From assembly GCF_009914755.1 (NCBI RefSeq), contig NC_060927.1: DNA of 64,000 bases; one strand, 5' to 3'. This document shows, in pieces, positions 24,171-45,605 of this stretch. The notes under the pieces are model-generated. The model saw only the letters and a program-made list of their open reading frames with translations. It made no database searches and was not told the origin of the DNA. Position 1 is the first letter of the stretch, and each line of letters starts with the position of its first letter. The translations under genes and the position numbers were made by a program. Source of the stretch: the human T2T-CHM13v2.0 reference genome, Homo sapiens.

Positions 24171-24690
24171 AGCCTGGCTAAGATGGTGAAACCCTGTCTC
24201 TACTAAAAATTCAAAAATTAGACAGGCGTGGTGGTGCATGCCTATAGTCCCAGCAACTCAGGAGGCTGAGGCAGGAGGATTGCTTGAACCTGTGAGGCAG
24301 AAGTTGCAGTGAGCCGAGCTTGCGCCACTGCACTCCAGCCTAGGTGACAGATCGAGACCCTGTCTCCAAAAAAAAAAAAAATTATCCTGTGGGCTGGGTG
24401 TGGTGGCTCACATCTGTAATCCCAGCACTTTAGGAAGCCCCCAAGGTAGGTGGATCCCTTGAGCCCAGAAGTTCGAGACCAGCCTGGGCAAAATGGTGAA
24501 ACCCTGTCACTACAAAAAACACAAAAATTAGTCAGTCATGGTGGTGTCCACCCGTAGTCTCAGCTACTGGGGAGTTTGAGGTGGGAAGATTGCTTGAGCC
24601 CAGGAGGTTGAGACTGCACTGAGCCAAGTCACACCACCGAACTCTAGTCTGGGCAACAGAGCAAGACACTCTCTCTATGAAAAGAAAAAC
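24171..24690 (+). mobile_element. Two tandem Alus (5'-truncated AluS 24171-24381, AluJ 24392-24690)
   Basis: Alu sequence with three copies of the target site AAATTATCCTGTGG-like at 24155, 24377 and 24691. Confidence 0.88.
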
Positions 24691-24965
24691 AAATTCCCTG
24701 TGGCCTAGGGAAATTTAACTTGATTTAATCTGTGTGGATAGTCTAGCCATTTTTAGTTTGGAACATGTTAAGTTGATATGGAAGCTGTCCTTCCTAAGCA
24801 CTTTAATTATATTCTTATTAATCACAACAACTCCACTGAGGTAGTTGATACTATCCTTACTTCTTAGCGAGTAAAAGGTGGCTTGAAATTGTTTAAGGGA
24901 TTTGCTCAGGATTACACAGTTACCAAAACACAGGCTGTGTACTCTGAATTTCAAAGCCCAGTTTT

Positions 24966-25075
24966 GTGTTGTTTTGTTTTTTTGTTTTGTTTTTTTTTGA
25001 GACTGAGTTTCGCTCTTGTTGCCCAGGCTGGAGTGCAATGGTGTAATCTTGGCTCACAGCAACCTCCACCTCCCG
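24966..25075 (-). mobile_element. 5'-truncated Alu right arm
   Basis: gagtttcgctcttgttgcccaggctggagtgcaatgg...cctcccg with TSD AAGCCCAG(G)TTTT. Confidence 0.88.
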
Positions 25076-25090
25076 AAGCCCAGGTTTTTA

Positions 25091-27641
<2,551 letters not shown>

Positions 27642-28409
27642 CTATATGCCAATGTGGGCTTTGAGAAGACAGCTTTCTGGGTCATGGTACGGAAATGAGA
27701 TACACTTAGTTTCTGCTTTGTCAAGGGATCCAGTATTTAAGAATATTTTGGGCTGCTCTCCCTCCCTCATTTTCTACCTTTTTAAGGACTGGATGGTCTT
27801 TCCTTGATTATCAGATTCAATTTTTCAAGGTTGGTAAAACTGTCTGGATCTAAGTATTACTTTCTTTCAGTTTTACAACAGTTAATGATTTTGTCAAACA
27901 CCCCAGGTGGTGATTACTCATGTGTTTATTGGTTTGTTGTGATTTTATTGTGAAAGCATGACTATGTAAAACATCCTAGAATCTTGGTAGAAAAATTTTA
28001 CTCAAGAAAGGAAACAAAGACACTTTTAGGAAATGCGAACTGCTAGTTTTCTCAGGGTTTCCAGCATTCCCAAAGAATAGTGAGCATTTCATGTAGCTTT
28101 TTTTGTGTTTCTCTTCTGAAGTAAAGTAGACTTGACGTAATATATTGTTTTATAAATAAAAAGTTACTTTTTAATCAAACACACTATAGATCATAAAAGT
28201 AGCCATTTAAGAAATATGTAAAGCTTTTTGGGTGTAATCTTTTGTGCATTCTAGAGGAAAATCTTGTTCTGCTCTGTTAAATGCTTAGGTATTAGAAATC
28301 TTTTTAAACACTTTGGGTACTTTTCTGGCACTGCAAGGATAGTGGATATGATTACCATGTTCTTATACCTGGCTAATTTTCTGTTTTTTTTTGAATTCAG
28401 TATATTTAA

Positions 28410-28910
<501 letters not shown>

Positions 28911-31900
28911 TAAAGTGTGTATTACCTTTTTTCTTAAATTGATTCATCTAATTTTTAAACCATCATATATATTATTATAAAAGTGAATGGATCAGTGTAA
29001 ATCACAGCATACAGTCAGTCTTACTGTCCTGTTTGGCTGTCGCACTACTTTGAGAAGCCTTTGCAAAGCGTTTCTCCTTTACAAGGGAGTTTCTCACTTA
29101 TGGCCCTCCTGCCTCTGCCCACCCCACCTTGTTTACAACTGCAGCCTAATCTGAAGGGTTGATTTCTCTACCACTTTGAGGCTGTTCTAATTTTATTTTT
29201 GACCTCTAGACAGTTGCAATACAGTGTATTTAAATGCTTTGTTAGTGGAAGTAGAAAGTGGTATCAGGAGTATATAACTAGGGCATATAATCTGGATTTG
29301 GGGAAGGCCTCTGGAAGAAGTTAACATTTGAGACCTAAAAGATAGTAAGAGTTAGCTAGATGAAATAAGAGGGGAATTCTTTCCAAGATAAGACATTTAG
29401 TGTCCTTTAGATACACATTATTGTTGGAAGAAAATTGTCAACAAGATATATAATTGGCCTGATTTGATTGAATAGTTTTAAGGATTTTTCATAACACAAT
29501 TTAGAAAGCATGCATTATCTGAAAATACAATATGTCTAGCATAAACATGAGAAACTTTAAAGTTCTGAGTTATATAGTTATTTTATCTTGTTATCTGTTT
29601 ACACAATAAAAAAGAGACTAGTTTTGCTAAATACTCGATCAATTTTGTCTTATTTTCTACAGGTAAAAATCTATAGAAGGACTCAGTGCTATTAAATTAG
29701 ATTAAGTCCCTTTGTTATGGTTGAATTCAGGAGTATAGGCTACTTTTTAGTTCATAGATCTGCTTTTTTAAAAACTTCGTCTGAAAGTTTAAACTTTGAC
29801 CCATGAAATATTTGGTTGTGCAAAATTACAGATTTCTGTGTATGTTTTATTTTCTAATTTTTATGTTATATATGGTACATTTTAAATAATTAAAAAAAAT
29901 TTTTAAGTGGGAAATAACCCCAATATAAATTAAGATTATTGACAAAAAGAGCCAGAAGCAATCTGTGACCTTTTTTTCTTATTTACTGTGAGGCAATGAT
30001 TTTGGATGAAAACTGATTTAAGGAATTCACAATTGTATTAAACATTTAATTTGTCTGAGCCGAGCTTTTTACCTTGAAAGGGCTCCACAAGGAGAGATCT
30101 TGATTATAAGAAAGTCTTAACCATCCTCGGTATGAGAATTGCTTGAGTGTTCTATAGAGGAAGGTTGTAGAATATATCTGGAGCTCTTCAAAATAGACTA
30201 GAAAAGTCTCATGATTCTTGCCATTCACTCTAACAGATTTCTTACAGGAGCTCTGGGTTCTTGGTTTTGTAATTCTCTACAGATGTTGGTTTTAACAGTG
30301 GAGGCTTCATCACTCTTGACCACAGTAGAAGGTGTTATCCAGTCCCTTAGAGTAATCTAAAATAACATGCTTCTACTACATTTATTTGTCATTTGAGTCA
30401 TATTAATTTAATTAAACTTTCTAAAAGGAGATGATTCCACTACTTATATATCAGTATTTGGGAGACTGATCATGATACTCTTGAATTTCACCTGGATTCT
30501 GAATGAAACTAGTTGACTCAATAGATGGCCTGTGGAAGAGATGGCCTAACATTCCATCCAGTACAGTCAAGGTGACTTGAATCAAGGAGTTAGGGTAGAG
30601 GGCATGAAAGTATTTTATGAAATAAAGCTAAAACTGAAACAATTGTGTTGTGGCCAGTCTGAACAAAGACTATTTTTAATGTGAGGGCTATGGTCAGCAT
30701 GAAGATGAAAAGAAGGGGTGCCTGAGAGCAAGAATAAGCCACTTAATCTTAATGTCACTCAGGGGAGGGTGCCCTGGTCAGCCAACACTAATGCTTAATT
30801 GGCAGTTATGTCCTACAGTAAAGCCTGAGGTATCATGATTAAAAATTTATAATCATTAGGGACCCTCATTCTGAGAACATACTTGCCTTTTTATTGTAAC
30901 GTGGCTTTTCATTTAGATGCTCCTTTAAGGAGAAAATGTGCTGATTAGGTGATATTAGGCTCTAGTTTGCCAGTTCTGATGTTTTGAGTTTTGTTTTTGT
31001 TTTTTTTTTTAAACTATTAATACCCAACAACTTCCTTTGGTCTGTACATTCCTTTTAGAAATCTTTGTGTTTTTCTCTATTATTCTTTCTTGTTTTGCTC
31101 GGTATTCATCTCTCTGTCCTCTCCTCTACTCCCACCCCATTATGAAGAAGATGGGCAATAAAAATTTGGTGTGTGTAGTAAGGAAGGAGGGAACTTTTTC
31201 TGCTGTAATAATTATGCCTTGTCTAAATTGGTAGATTGTAGTTTTCTTTCTAAGCCCAGTCCTGTACAAATACCCAGTTTCTTGGTTGCTAGAGGAGATT
31301 GATAATATTTCTGATCAAGTGATGGAAGTATTTAATGGCCTTCTACCTCCATTTCTTTTCAATAGTTCTTAGATTGACTTATGGTTTACATAAGCAATTA
31401 GGGGATATTCAGAAATTGGATTTGAAGCCTGCTAGATTTTACTGTTTTCCCTGACAAAAGGTGCTTAACTCAAGTGTATGGGCAGCTCTCTGCCACAGGA
31501 CAAAGGGTAGTAACTCCTAGATGAGCTCCTGAGGACCACCTGCAAATTCTGGACCCAGGAAACAGCCCAGCAAGGATTGTTTACCATTGTTAATTCACAC
31601 ATAAGCCACCGGTCTTCCTACTTCAGTTTACTACTATTTCCTACTCCATCTCTACTTTTCCTAAAGATTGTAAATTTTCTCCATACTTTCCATTTAGATT
31701 TGCTTTTGATGTTTCTGGGTTGAACTCTCTTCAAATGTATAGATACATTATTTGTTAAAATGGAATAGCCTAGCCTTTGCACACTAGTCAATCAGAAGCT
31801 TAATCATTAAGGTGAAACCAGGTTTTAAGTTTCTAAAATATGGGAGGATTATGTAATCAAAACAAAAACATGACATGAAATCTCTCAGTGAATCAGCAAA

Positions 31901-33349
31901 ATAACATCTTGTGTTTCATAAATGCATGTTTTAGATTTAGCAAGCTTTCTGACCATTTAAATAGACTTAAGTATTTCTATTTTAGCAGTCTCAACCATGG
32001 GTGATTTAGTTAATCACCCTAAGTTAACACTTCTAAGTTAAGTTCAACAGCATGCTTCTCCTGAAGGGCAGAGGGGGATCTTAGCTCTTTTTAGATGTTA
32101 AGGTTAGATGATTTGGAAATAGCTTTATATTTTCCATTTTTAGTTTAAAAATTATGCAACCATAATGCCAGAGACAAATTTGAAGAGAAAAAAATCACCC
32201 ACAAAGCCACCAGCCTTTTACGTATTACCTACAATTACAATCATAGCTTAGAATAGTTTATGATCTCTTGGTTTCTTAATGTACCAAACTCTCCTGTTTC
32301 TATCTAGTGTTCAAAATACATTTTAATAGGTGTAATTTTTTCCCATTTTCCTTTCCCCTCCTTTTGGGCACTTTGGGGGTATCTATTTTTTGCTGGTATA
32401 GATAAGATGCTTTGAATACCTTTGTATATATAGCACATTATTCCTGTTCACATTTTTTCTTATGAATTCTTGGCAGTGGGAATATTGGGCAAAAAAATAC
32501 AGTTTTAGAGCTTCTCTAAAAACATATATGGCATTGTAGTTTTACTGTGAGTGGGTGGAGTAGAATTGTTAGATGTTTGAATTGGAAATAATTCGGGAGC
32601 CCCTTTTACTGCATTCACCTAGGGACCTAGGAGTCACATTTTAAATTTTGAGATGAGATAATTTAATTTTTTTTTAAAAAAGAATCTTATAAATGTATAT
32701 TTAATAAAATCTTAGAAATAGAAATTCAGAGATTATCTAGTTCAACTCAACAAATAATGTGTATGTGGGTGCACATGGACATGCCTATGTTGTACTCTTG
32801 GATTTGGAGGATCGCATAATGTAATAACGAATAAATCTAGGGGTATATACATTGCTAGGCTGTTTTAGATTTACTATTAAGGGAGAATATGACACTTCTC
32901 ATGGAGATTTACCTTGTTTTGTTTGGCTCCATGGAAAGACTTAGCAACAGATTTTAGTATTAGCATAAAGAAGTCTTTGATAATTAAGTAAGTGTCTAAT
33001 AAATAACTCGTAAAAATAGCCAACAATGGAATAGATCTCTTCTAGTGATGAGTTCTGAGTTTGGAATAGTCAAGTAAACTTGGTATCTACTTGAGATATT
33101 CATATGTAAGTTTGGAGTTAAATCATATGAGTCCCTTCTTGGCTTGTGACTACAGATAAAACTTTTTGGTTTGGACAGATCCATTTCCTGATGGCCCCAT
33201 TCATTGAGATTCCTTTTCTGTTCCCTTACCCTAACATTTAAAAATTTTTAAGATTCTCTATTTGTGAGACTTGATTAAAGAGTTTGCCTTCATAGGGCAG
33301 GCTGCTTTTTCCTGTCTTCTCTTTCTACTTAGAATAGGAGATATCTTTA

Positions 33350-34162
33350 AAAATTTTTTTAATTAAAAGAAATTTTTTGTGGCTAAATAGGTGTATATGT
33401 TTATGGGGTACATGAGATGTTTTGATACAGGCATGCAATGTGTAATAATCACGTCATGGAGAATGGGGTATCCATCCCCTCATGCATTTATCCTTTGTGT
33501 TACAAACAATCCAATTATACTATTTTAGTTATTTTTAAATGTATAATTATTGACTATAGTTACCCTGTTGTGCTATCAAATAGTAGGTCTTATTCATTCT
33601 TTCTAACTATTTTTTTTACCAGTTAGCCATCCCCCATCCCTACTACCATTTCTACCCTCTGCTAACCATCCTTTCATTCTCTGTGTCCCCGAATTCAATC
33701 ATTTTGAGTTTTAGATCCCACAGATTAGTGAGAAGGTACAATGTTTATCCTTCTGTGCCTGGCTTATTTCACTTAACATAATGATTTCCAGTTCCGTCTA
33801 TGTTGCAAATGACTGAATCTCATTCTTTTTTATGGCTGAATAGTACTCCATTGTGTATGTGCACCACAGTTTCTTTATCTAGTCATCTGTTGATGAACAC
33901 TTAGGTTGCTTCCAAATCTTAGCTATTGTGAACAGTGCTGCCACAAACATGGGAATGCAGATACATCTGATATACTGATTTCCTTTCTTTTGGGTATATA
34001 CTCAGCAGTGAGATTGCTGGATCATATGGTAGCTTTATTTTTAGTTTTTTGAGGAACCTCCAAACTGTTCTCCATGGTGATTGTACTAATTTACATTCCC
34101 ACCAACAGTGTACGACAGTTCCCTTTCCTCCACGTTCTTGCCAGCATTTGTTATTGCCAGGA
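33350..34162 (-). mobile_element. L1MA-type 3' fragment
   Basis: Reverse-complement L1MA 3' end (ttatggggtacatgagatgttttgatacaggcatgcaatgtgtaataatcac); degenerate TSD AGGAG(A/G)TATCTT. Confidence 0.85.
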
Positions 34163-34466
34163 CAGGAGGTATCTTATAAGCAGTGTTTTCAATTCCTGAA
34201 GTGCTAAAAACACAAACACAAAAAGAAATCTTTCCAAGATTGTTTTGCTCAGTTGCTGAGTCCTCAGTCTTTGGAATCTTATCCAGCATGGGTTAGACAA
34301 TTATGCCACAGAACTCAAAGGTATGGATTGGGGAGTGGGGGGAGTAAGGGGGGGAAATTTATTAGAAAAAGTTAAAATATATATAAAAATGAGTTATGGA
34401 AAGATAGGAACAAGTATCGTCCCTCTTCTACCCTTCCACCACAAAACCTTTAGGTCTGATTTTTTA

Positions 34467-34832
<366 letters not shown>

Positions 34833-34937
34833 AATCTTTTATCTTTTTTGTATTTTGATGCCAGTGACATAAAAGCTAATTTATTTGCTTATTTGTGAAG
34901 AGTTGCTTTTTAGTTTTGATGCTTTGGATTTTGATAC

Positions 34938-35230
34938 AATATTCTATTCTTTATTGTCTTTCAGATAGTTGAGATGAGTTTGGTTCTGCATGCTGAGATG
35001 AATTTGATTTGGGCCTAATTTAGAGAATTTATTGAAAGCTTTAATATTCATCCATGTACCATACTTCAGTTTGTTGTTTTCTGCCCTTCTTCCCCCACAT
35101 TGTACCTTTTGTCCCCTTTATCATAAGTTCCAGAATTGAGGAATGATGCATGATTAGACCAAATCCAGATAAATTCCTGTTTAAGGAAGTAGAACCCAAT
35201 TTCATTGATTAAATTGAATTTTGGAGGGTG
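34938..35230 (-). repeat. Copy 1 of a locally duplicated 280-bp segment, probably an ancient RTE-clade LINE fragment
   Basis: Aligns by eye at roughly 85-90% with 41002-41281; the minus-strand translation resembles an RTE ORF C-terminus. Confidence 0.75.
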
Positions 35231-35757
35231 AGGTTGTATTGTGTAAATCATTGATACATTTGATTCTGAATTTCAAAAACATTAAATCTGCTTTTTTTTT
35301 CTTTTGCATGCAGATGAATGAGTATTTTGCAGTGTTAAGTGTTCTGTGGTGAATTTTTATAAGATGATTTTTCAAATTTCTTTTTATTATAGGTAAAATA
35401 ATTAAATGTAATGTAAAACTATGTTCCTGTCATGTGTGTTACTGTTTGCTAATAGCAACTCCTTTTTCTATACATTTTCCCTTGCCCAATTAAACTGAAG
35501 AAATTTGCTTTATGAAAATAAAGTTTAGGAATGAGACTAAAAGGTGACTTTTTGAGACTTCAAAATTACATTTTAATAGATATTCCCCCGAACATTATGA
35601 GTTATAAAAATTGCAACAAAGGACTTGATAATGCTTTCAGAAAAGCCCAGGAATGACTGTATAGCTTCTGCATATTGATTAAGAGGGAGTTGAATGTTTT
35701 TGGAGAATTCAATATGGCATTCGTTTTCTTTCTTTTAAAAATACATAAGTAATATAT

Positions 35758-36043
35758 GGCTGGGAGCGATAGCTCAACACATGTAATCCCAGCACTTTGG
35801 GAGGCCGAGGTGGGCGGATCACTTGAGGTTAGGAGTTCAAGACCAGCCTGGCCAACAGGGTGAAACCCCATCTCTACTAAATATACAAAAAGCCAGGTGT
35901 GGTGGCGCACACCTGTAGTTCCAGCTACTCCGGAGGCTGAGGCACAAGGATTACTTGAACCTCGGAGGCAGAGGTTGCAGTGAGCCAAGATCACGCCACT
36001 GCCAGCCTGGGCAACAGAGTGAAACTCTGTCTCAAAAAAATAA
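35758..36043 (+). mobile_element. AluS
   Basis: Dimeric Alu with TSD ATAAGTAATATAT. Confidence 0.9.
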
Positions 36044-36284
36044 AATAAGTAATATATGAATGAAAACTTGGTAAAGACACAAATAGTAGAGAGGTATGTA
36101 AACTAAAATGGCAAACTAGTTTTTCCTCTCTGTGGCTTTTCCGCTCACTGCACTCCCACCAATTTTCTCTGTCATAACAGAGAAACTACGAAGTTTTTGC
36201 TTATCCTTCCAGTCCTGTTACCTTGTATCCCTAACACCATCCTCCAGAAGCCCTTTAGAAATCTAACAATGTAAAGTGATTCTT

Positions 36285-40369
<4,085 letters not shown>

Positions 40370-41001
40370 GCAAAGTGATTCTTAAATACTTTATTAAAAC
40401 AGCTTATGGTTAGTAATGCTTGGTCAACTTTTCATAATATTGTATAGTTTTATTTAGAACACTTATTATGTTGGGTCCTTTTGCATAATCAGTATGTTCA
40501 GTGTTCATGTCATTTCTAGAAGTTTTTTGGCTTTTCTTTTCAGCAGTGGCTGCAAGACAGTAAAATGAAAGGATGTTAAGATTCAAGAGCCCTGGCTTTT
40601 AGTCTTAGTCATGTTAGTAACTGTTACCTTGGGCAAATCCTGTAACCATTCTTGGCCTTCTTTTAGCATGTGTAAAATGATACGTTCATCCTATTCTATA
40701 CCATATATGGCTTCTCTCAACTCTAGTTTTATACTTACTCTTTGATTTGGAACATATTTGACATTCTAAAAGTATGGAGAAGCTTGGGGGTTTTATCACT
40801 GGTTTTAGAGGATTATGTTAGTCACTTTGGGTTAATTTAGAAGCCTTGGTTAGGAATTGGGACCCCTCAGTTATAGTATTCATATAGAAAATATGCTCTG
40901 TTTACATCTTCAGAAACGCACAGGCATAATGGAGAATAATATTAATAATTTTAAGCAGTCTTATTTTTCCAAGCTCCCCAATTCACTACCTTCCGCATAT
41001 A

Positions 41002-41281
41002 TATATTCTATTGGCTATCGTCTTTTAGGTATTTGAGATGAGTTTGATTCTGCATGCTGAGATGAATTTGATTTGGGCCTAATTTAGATAATTTGTTGCA
41101 AGCTTTAATATTCATCCATGTATTATCCTTCAGTTTGTTGTTTTTTGCCCTTCTTCCCCCATATTGTACCTTTTTTCCCCTTTATAATGAGTTCCAGAAT
41201 GGAGGAATGATGCATGATTTGACCAAATCCAGATAAGTTCACATTTAAGGAAGGACAAACTAAATTGAATTTTGGGGGGTG
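41002..41281 (-). repeat. Copy 2 of the locally duplicated 280-bp segment
   Basis: Direct repeat of 34938-35230 (shared ctgcatgctgagatgaatttgatttgggcctaatttaga etc.). Confidence 0.75.
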
Positions 41282-43999
41282 GTTTTATGTATTTCATAAA
41301 ATATTCAGTGGGAGGGGAAAACGGTGTCTAAATATGCTTCCTAACCTATATGGTGGTTGGATGTTTACAGTGCAGTAAAATTAATCATATATATTAGTGT
41401 TATGTCTTGAAATTTTATAGTTTCCTCCTTATCTCACTGAAATCCTAGGAGTTCTGCTTCTAGCTACTTAGTTTTAACATGGAACTGTGAAATGTCTTTT
41501 GTTTTTTTCTTTTTCCTGGAAGCTTTTTGAGTGAAGGGGAGTAAAAAACTTGGATTCAAAGTTTTTTCATAAGATTGTCCAGGAAAGTTATGCATGCCAT
41601 TATCTCTTGCTTAGATTTTGCAAAGCTCTCTTAGGTAGTTTCCTTGCTTTCACTCTTGGTTCCCGTGTAGACTATTTGTCATAGCAACTAGTGATCCTTC
41701 TAGCATATCAGAGCATGCCACTCTTCTGTTAAAAATCCTCCAGAGGCTTCTTCTTTCCCTCAGAAAAGTCAAAGTCCTCAACAGAATTTATAAAGTCTTC
41801 TATTTGCTTCCTCCCCAATTTCCCCTTTTGGAGACTATTTCTATCATTATTCCCATGTTCACAGCAGCCACCTTATTTGTGCTTTGTGTGCACCAGGCAT
41901 GCCTTTACTTTATTTGCCTTTTTGCATGCTATTTTCCCTTGTCCAAACATTTGCATGACTTGCTCCCATCTTTAAGTCTCTGCTTTTACATTGTTATATG
42001 AGAGAGGCCTACCCTGAGTTTCCTATATAATAGAGCAACACCCCTTTCCCTTCACCTTCTTCCTTCCCTGCTTTTTTTCCCCTGTAATACTTATATACTA
42101 TGGATGTGATTTTTTTGTGTCTTGACTACCCCCAACTAGAATGTGAGGGCCATGAAAGTAGCTCAGAAGATGATTGGCTGGACTTGGGAAGGCTGAATGT
42201 CAGAAGCCCTGGGGATATCAAACCCACTGTTCTGGGGTGAGAGCTCTGCAGCAGCAGACATTTGATCTTCCCTGTTTCCTTGGCCAGCCTTGAGGACGTG
42301 GGCTGCAATAGGAGTCCCACTTGAGCACTTAAGCACCCTGTGCCATATCAAAGCATTTGAGCTTATTTTGATTTTTTAAAAGTTTGTGGGAAAAATGACT
42401 GAATAATATTTCAGTTGCAACTGATACCTTTGACAAATATTTGTCAGTGAATTGTGGGCATTAGCTGATGGCTTATTCATTTTATATACTGGACTGAAGA
42501 GAGAAAAATATAATGCTAAGTAATGACTAATTGAGGATTTGACTAATAATGTCTTCTGCCCTAGTGTCACGTATCTGTGTCCTTTTTGTCAGTTATACAT
42601 TTCCAGAGCACGTACTTGTCAAACTCAAGAGAATAAACAAGTTTTTGGTGGGGTTTTCTTTTTTTTGCTTTGGTTTTATTTGTATTTATTTATTTATTCT
42701 CTTGACTGAATACCCATATAATTACAGTGAGTAACATGTTTGTTAAAATGAAATATGTTGGAAGCAGTTAAGTTGAAGGCCTTGGCTGGTATCATATATA
42801 CCACTTAAATTTTCTTCTGTGTTTAGCAAAGAAAAAATGTCAAGTTTCAAATTTCGCTGAGCATTACTGTTTTTTTTTTTAATTGTTGTTACCAATCCCT
42901 TCCCCCCACCCTCCCCATCCCCAATTCATTTTTGCTTTTACTTTTTTTATTTTGGAGAAAGTTAAAATTAAAATGGTGTAGAACTCTTTCCCTTTCCCCT
43001 CCCTCTTCTGCCACTGTCCCCCTCATCCCCACAATTAGGTCTCCATTTCTTTTCTCATTGTGGAGTGATAACTTACCTTCTGTAGAAGAATCCTGAGTTA
43101 TAAAATTGGGACATTCCTATACTACTGAATATATGACCCTAAAATATAGCTTTGAAATATCTATTTATAAAAGATATTTTTTTCTTCCCACTTTCAATGC
43201 CTGTTCGTTATCTGCAATGGGATTTATTTTTATTTGTTTGGCAAACCTGATAGGTTAAGACTTAGCCAAGTAAATGCCAGGTATGTGACAGGCACTTATG
43301 TTTGTTAAATTATTTGTTATAAATCTTTTCTCCTTCTATTCAATATTTTTGAAAAGTGGAGCTAATGTATATACATGGGAAAAGTTTGCTAAATTGTAGC
43401 TGGCAGGGCTGATAGGAAGTTGGAAGGAATGTATAATTCAGGATAGTATAGTGAATTTAGTCTTTTGAGACAGAAAGATTTGTATTTGAATCCAAGTTTA
43501 GTGATTTTTGTTTTCAAGCTATGACTTGGTAAACTTAACGCCTCTTAAGCGTTCATTTCCTTGTATGTCAGATTTGGATAGAATTATTGCATAGATTTGC
43601 TTCTGATGAATATATAGGAATATTTGTAAAGTAGCTTTCTTAGTTCTTTTTGTGGTTTCTGAGTATAGCTTATCAAACAAATGTGTTATAGAACTCCTTT
43701 TTTCCTCCTAACCCCATCATTTGTCAAGCTTTGCCTAAAGAATCTTTGTAGCCTTCATTTTCTCTCTGTTGCCACATTCTTAGATCTAGCTTGCATGTTC
43801 TCCCTTGCATGCCTTGGATTCACCATTTCTGGGTTTTGCCTTCTTGATCTTATATGTGAAAAGGGAAAAATTGTGCAGAGCTCTGAGTTTCAATTTCAGT
43901 ATCTTCTCTCATTCTTGAGTAGTATAGTCTATGTACACTACTTAGTGTAGAATGGTCTAGTTACAAGAAAAGTTGGGATGTTTATCATATTGCTTAATA

Positions 44000-44160
44000 G
44001 CAGCTCTCTACCAGGTGTAGGCATCAGAATTCCTTGTGTAACTTTAAAAATTCTAATTCCTGGGCCCCATTCTGGACCTCTGGGATCAGCATTTGTGGCA
44101 TGGAGCCTGAGTATAAATTCCACTGGGGATTTTTATGCAGACACTCAGTTAAGAACTGCC
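44000..44160. mobile_element. MER5-type DNA transposon remnant
   Basis: gcatcagaat...aaaaattctaattcctgggcccca...ggggatttttatgca...agttaagaactgc; a similar remnant lies at about 23330-23495. Confidence 0.6.
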
Positions 44161-45043
44161 TTATTGAGAGGCCATCTCAAGCCACTCAGGCAGATCAATA
44201 TATGTAAATATTAGTTTTCATGACCTCAGTGTCTTTCCTAACACCCTTCTGTGGCTTTCCTATTACTAAAGAATAAAGTCAAAATGAAGCTTATCATTCA
44301 AGACCAATTTATGGTCACCCCAGTTTATCTTGTTAAGTCTGTTTTTTATCATTCTTTTTGATAACTGTTTTCCTATCAGACTGAAATTGCAGTCTAACAT
44401 CATTTTTCAACCACCCTACTTCTCTTATGATGATCTAGAATGTCCTGTTCCCTTACCCCTTCATCTTCTCCTTCATCTTTTATCTTCTAAACTGTCTCTC
44501 AAAAAGGTTTACCTTCTCAATAAGCTTTTCCTAGTGTCCTCAGCTAGAAGTCACATTCCTTCTTTGAACTCCAAAACATTTATGTACTTTATTTTTTGCA
44601 CTGATCCCTGATTGTTTTATCTCCAGACATCTTTCTTCCCTACTAAAGCTTCTTGCTGACTGATTCTGTCTGTGTATGCCACCACCACTCTCTCAGTAGC
44701 GTGGGTGCCTGCTTGCTACATAGTATGTGCTGGGTTTCCGTGTCCTCCTGCCCCTTGCCACTTGCCCCTTCTGATTTCAGGAAAACTGATTTGCATTTTT
44801 ACAATGCGTAGTGAAATGTATAAAAAATGCTGCTGGTATATTAAACTGGTCTTAAGTCATTTTCTGTAAAATGTCAAATTTCTTACTTTTCTTGCATTTT
44901 TTAGGGTCCCAGAAGAAAAATAAGAAATTCTACATTTGGCTTTGACAGGCTTCTCATTTATAACTAATGTTTTTGTGATAAACACAGGGCTCAGAGATGT
45001 CAGGCTAGCTTTTCCTTTTGTAATATTTGCTAGATGTGGTATT

Positions 45044-45605
45044 TATTGGGAGACTATTCTCCATGGGTCTCTCACATGTTATGCATGTCTTGGCAAGCAG
45101 AGATACAGACTGACTGCTTTTTTTCCTGGACTATCATTTTCAAGGATGTTTATATAACGAGCAGCCTTGCAAGACAGAGATAGTATTTCTCTTCAGAGCA
45201 AAGAGCAGGTTTGCTTATGGTCCAGTATAAAAAGTGTCTCCTTCCAGAGCATGTTTACATAGAGTTTATAGTAAGTAAGGATAATGCCACCCTCCAGTGC
45301 AAAGAATGGGCATGCTTATGCCCATTATAAAATATTTGAGTTCCTTTTAAGCTCAGGCTCTCTTTCCTGTAACACAACCCATTGCATGTGTAATTGTTAC
45401 CTGGCCCTTCTATCGCACCCCATGGAAATTGGGGCATGGGGAACTGGCTTAAATACTGACACTGGCTACTGCTATTTCCTTGAGTAGTGAAGTTCTTTGT
45501 CTCTGACCTGGGGTCTTGTGTCTTCTGCCAGTATCCATGAAACTGGCAGAATAACTTGTTAGCTTACAAGTAGGGTAAAATCTCAGACCCTTCACAGTTC
45601 TTAGT
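45044..45605 (+). mobile_element. Solo LTR, LTR40-like (ERVL)
   Basis: Starts ttgggagactattctccatgggtctctc and ends ggtaaaatctcagacccttcacagttctt, matching my recollection of LTR40. Confidence 0.7.
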
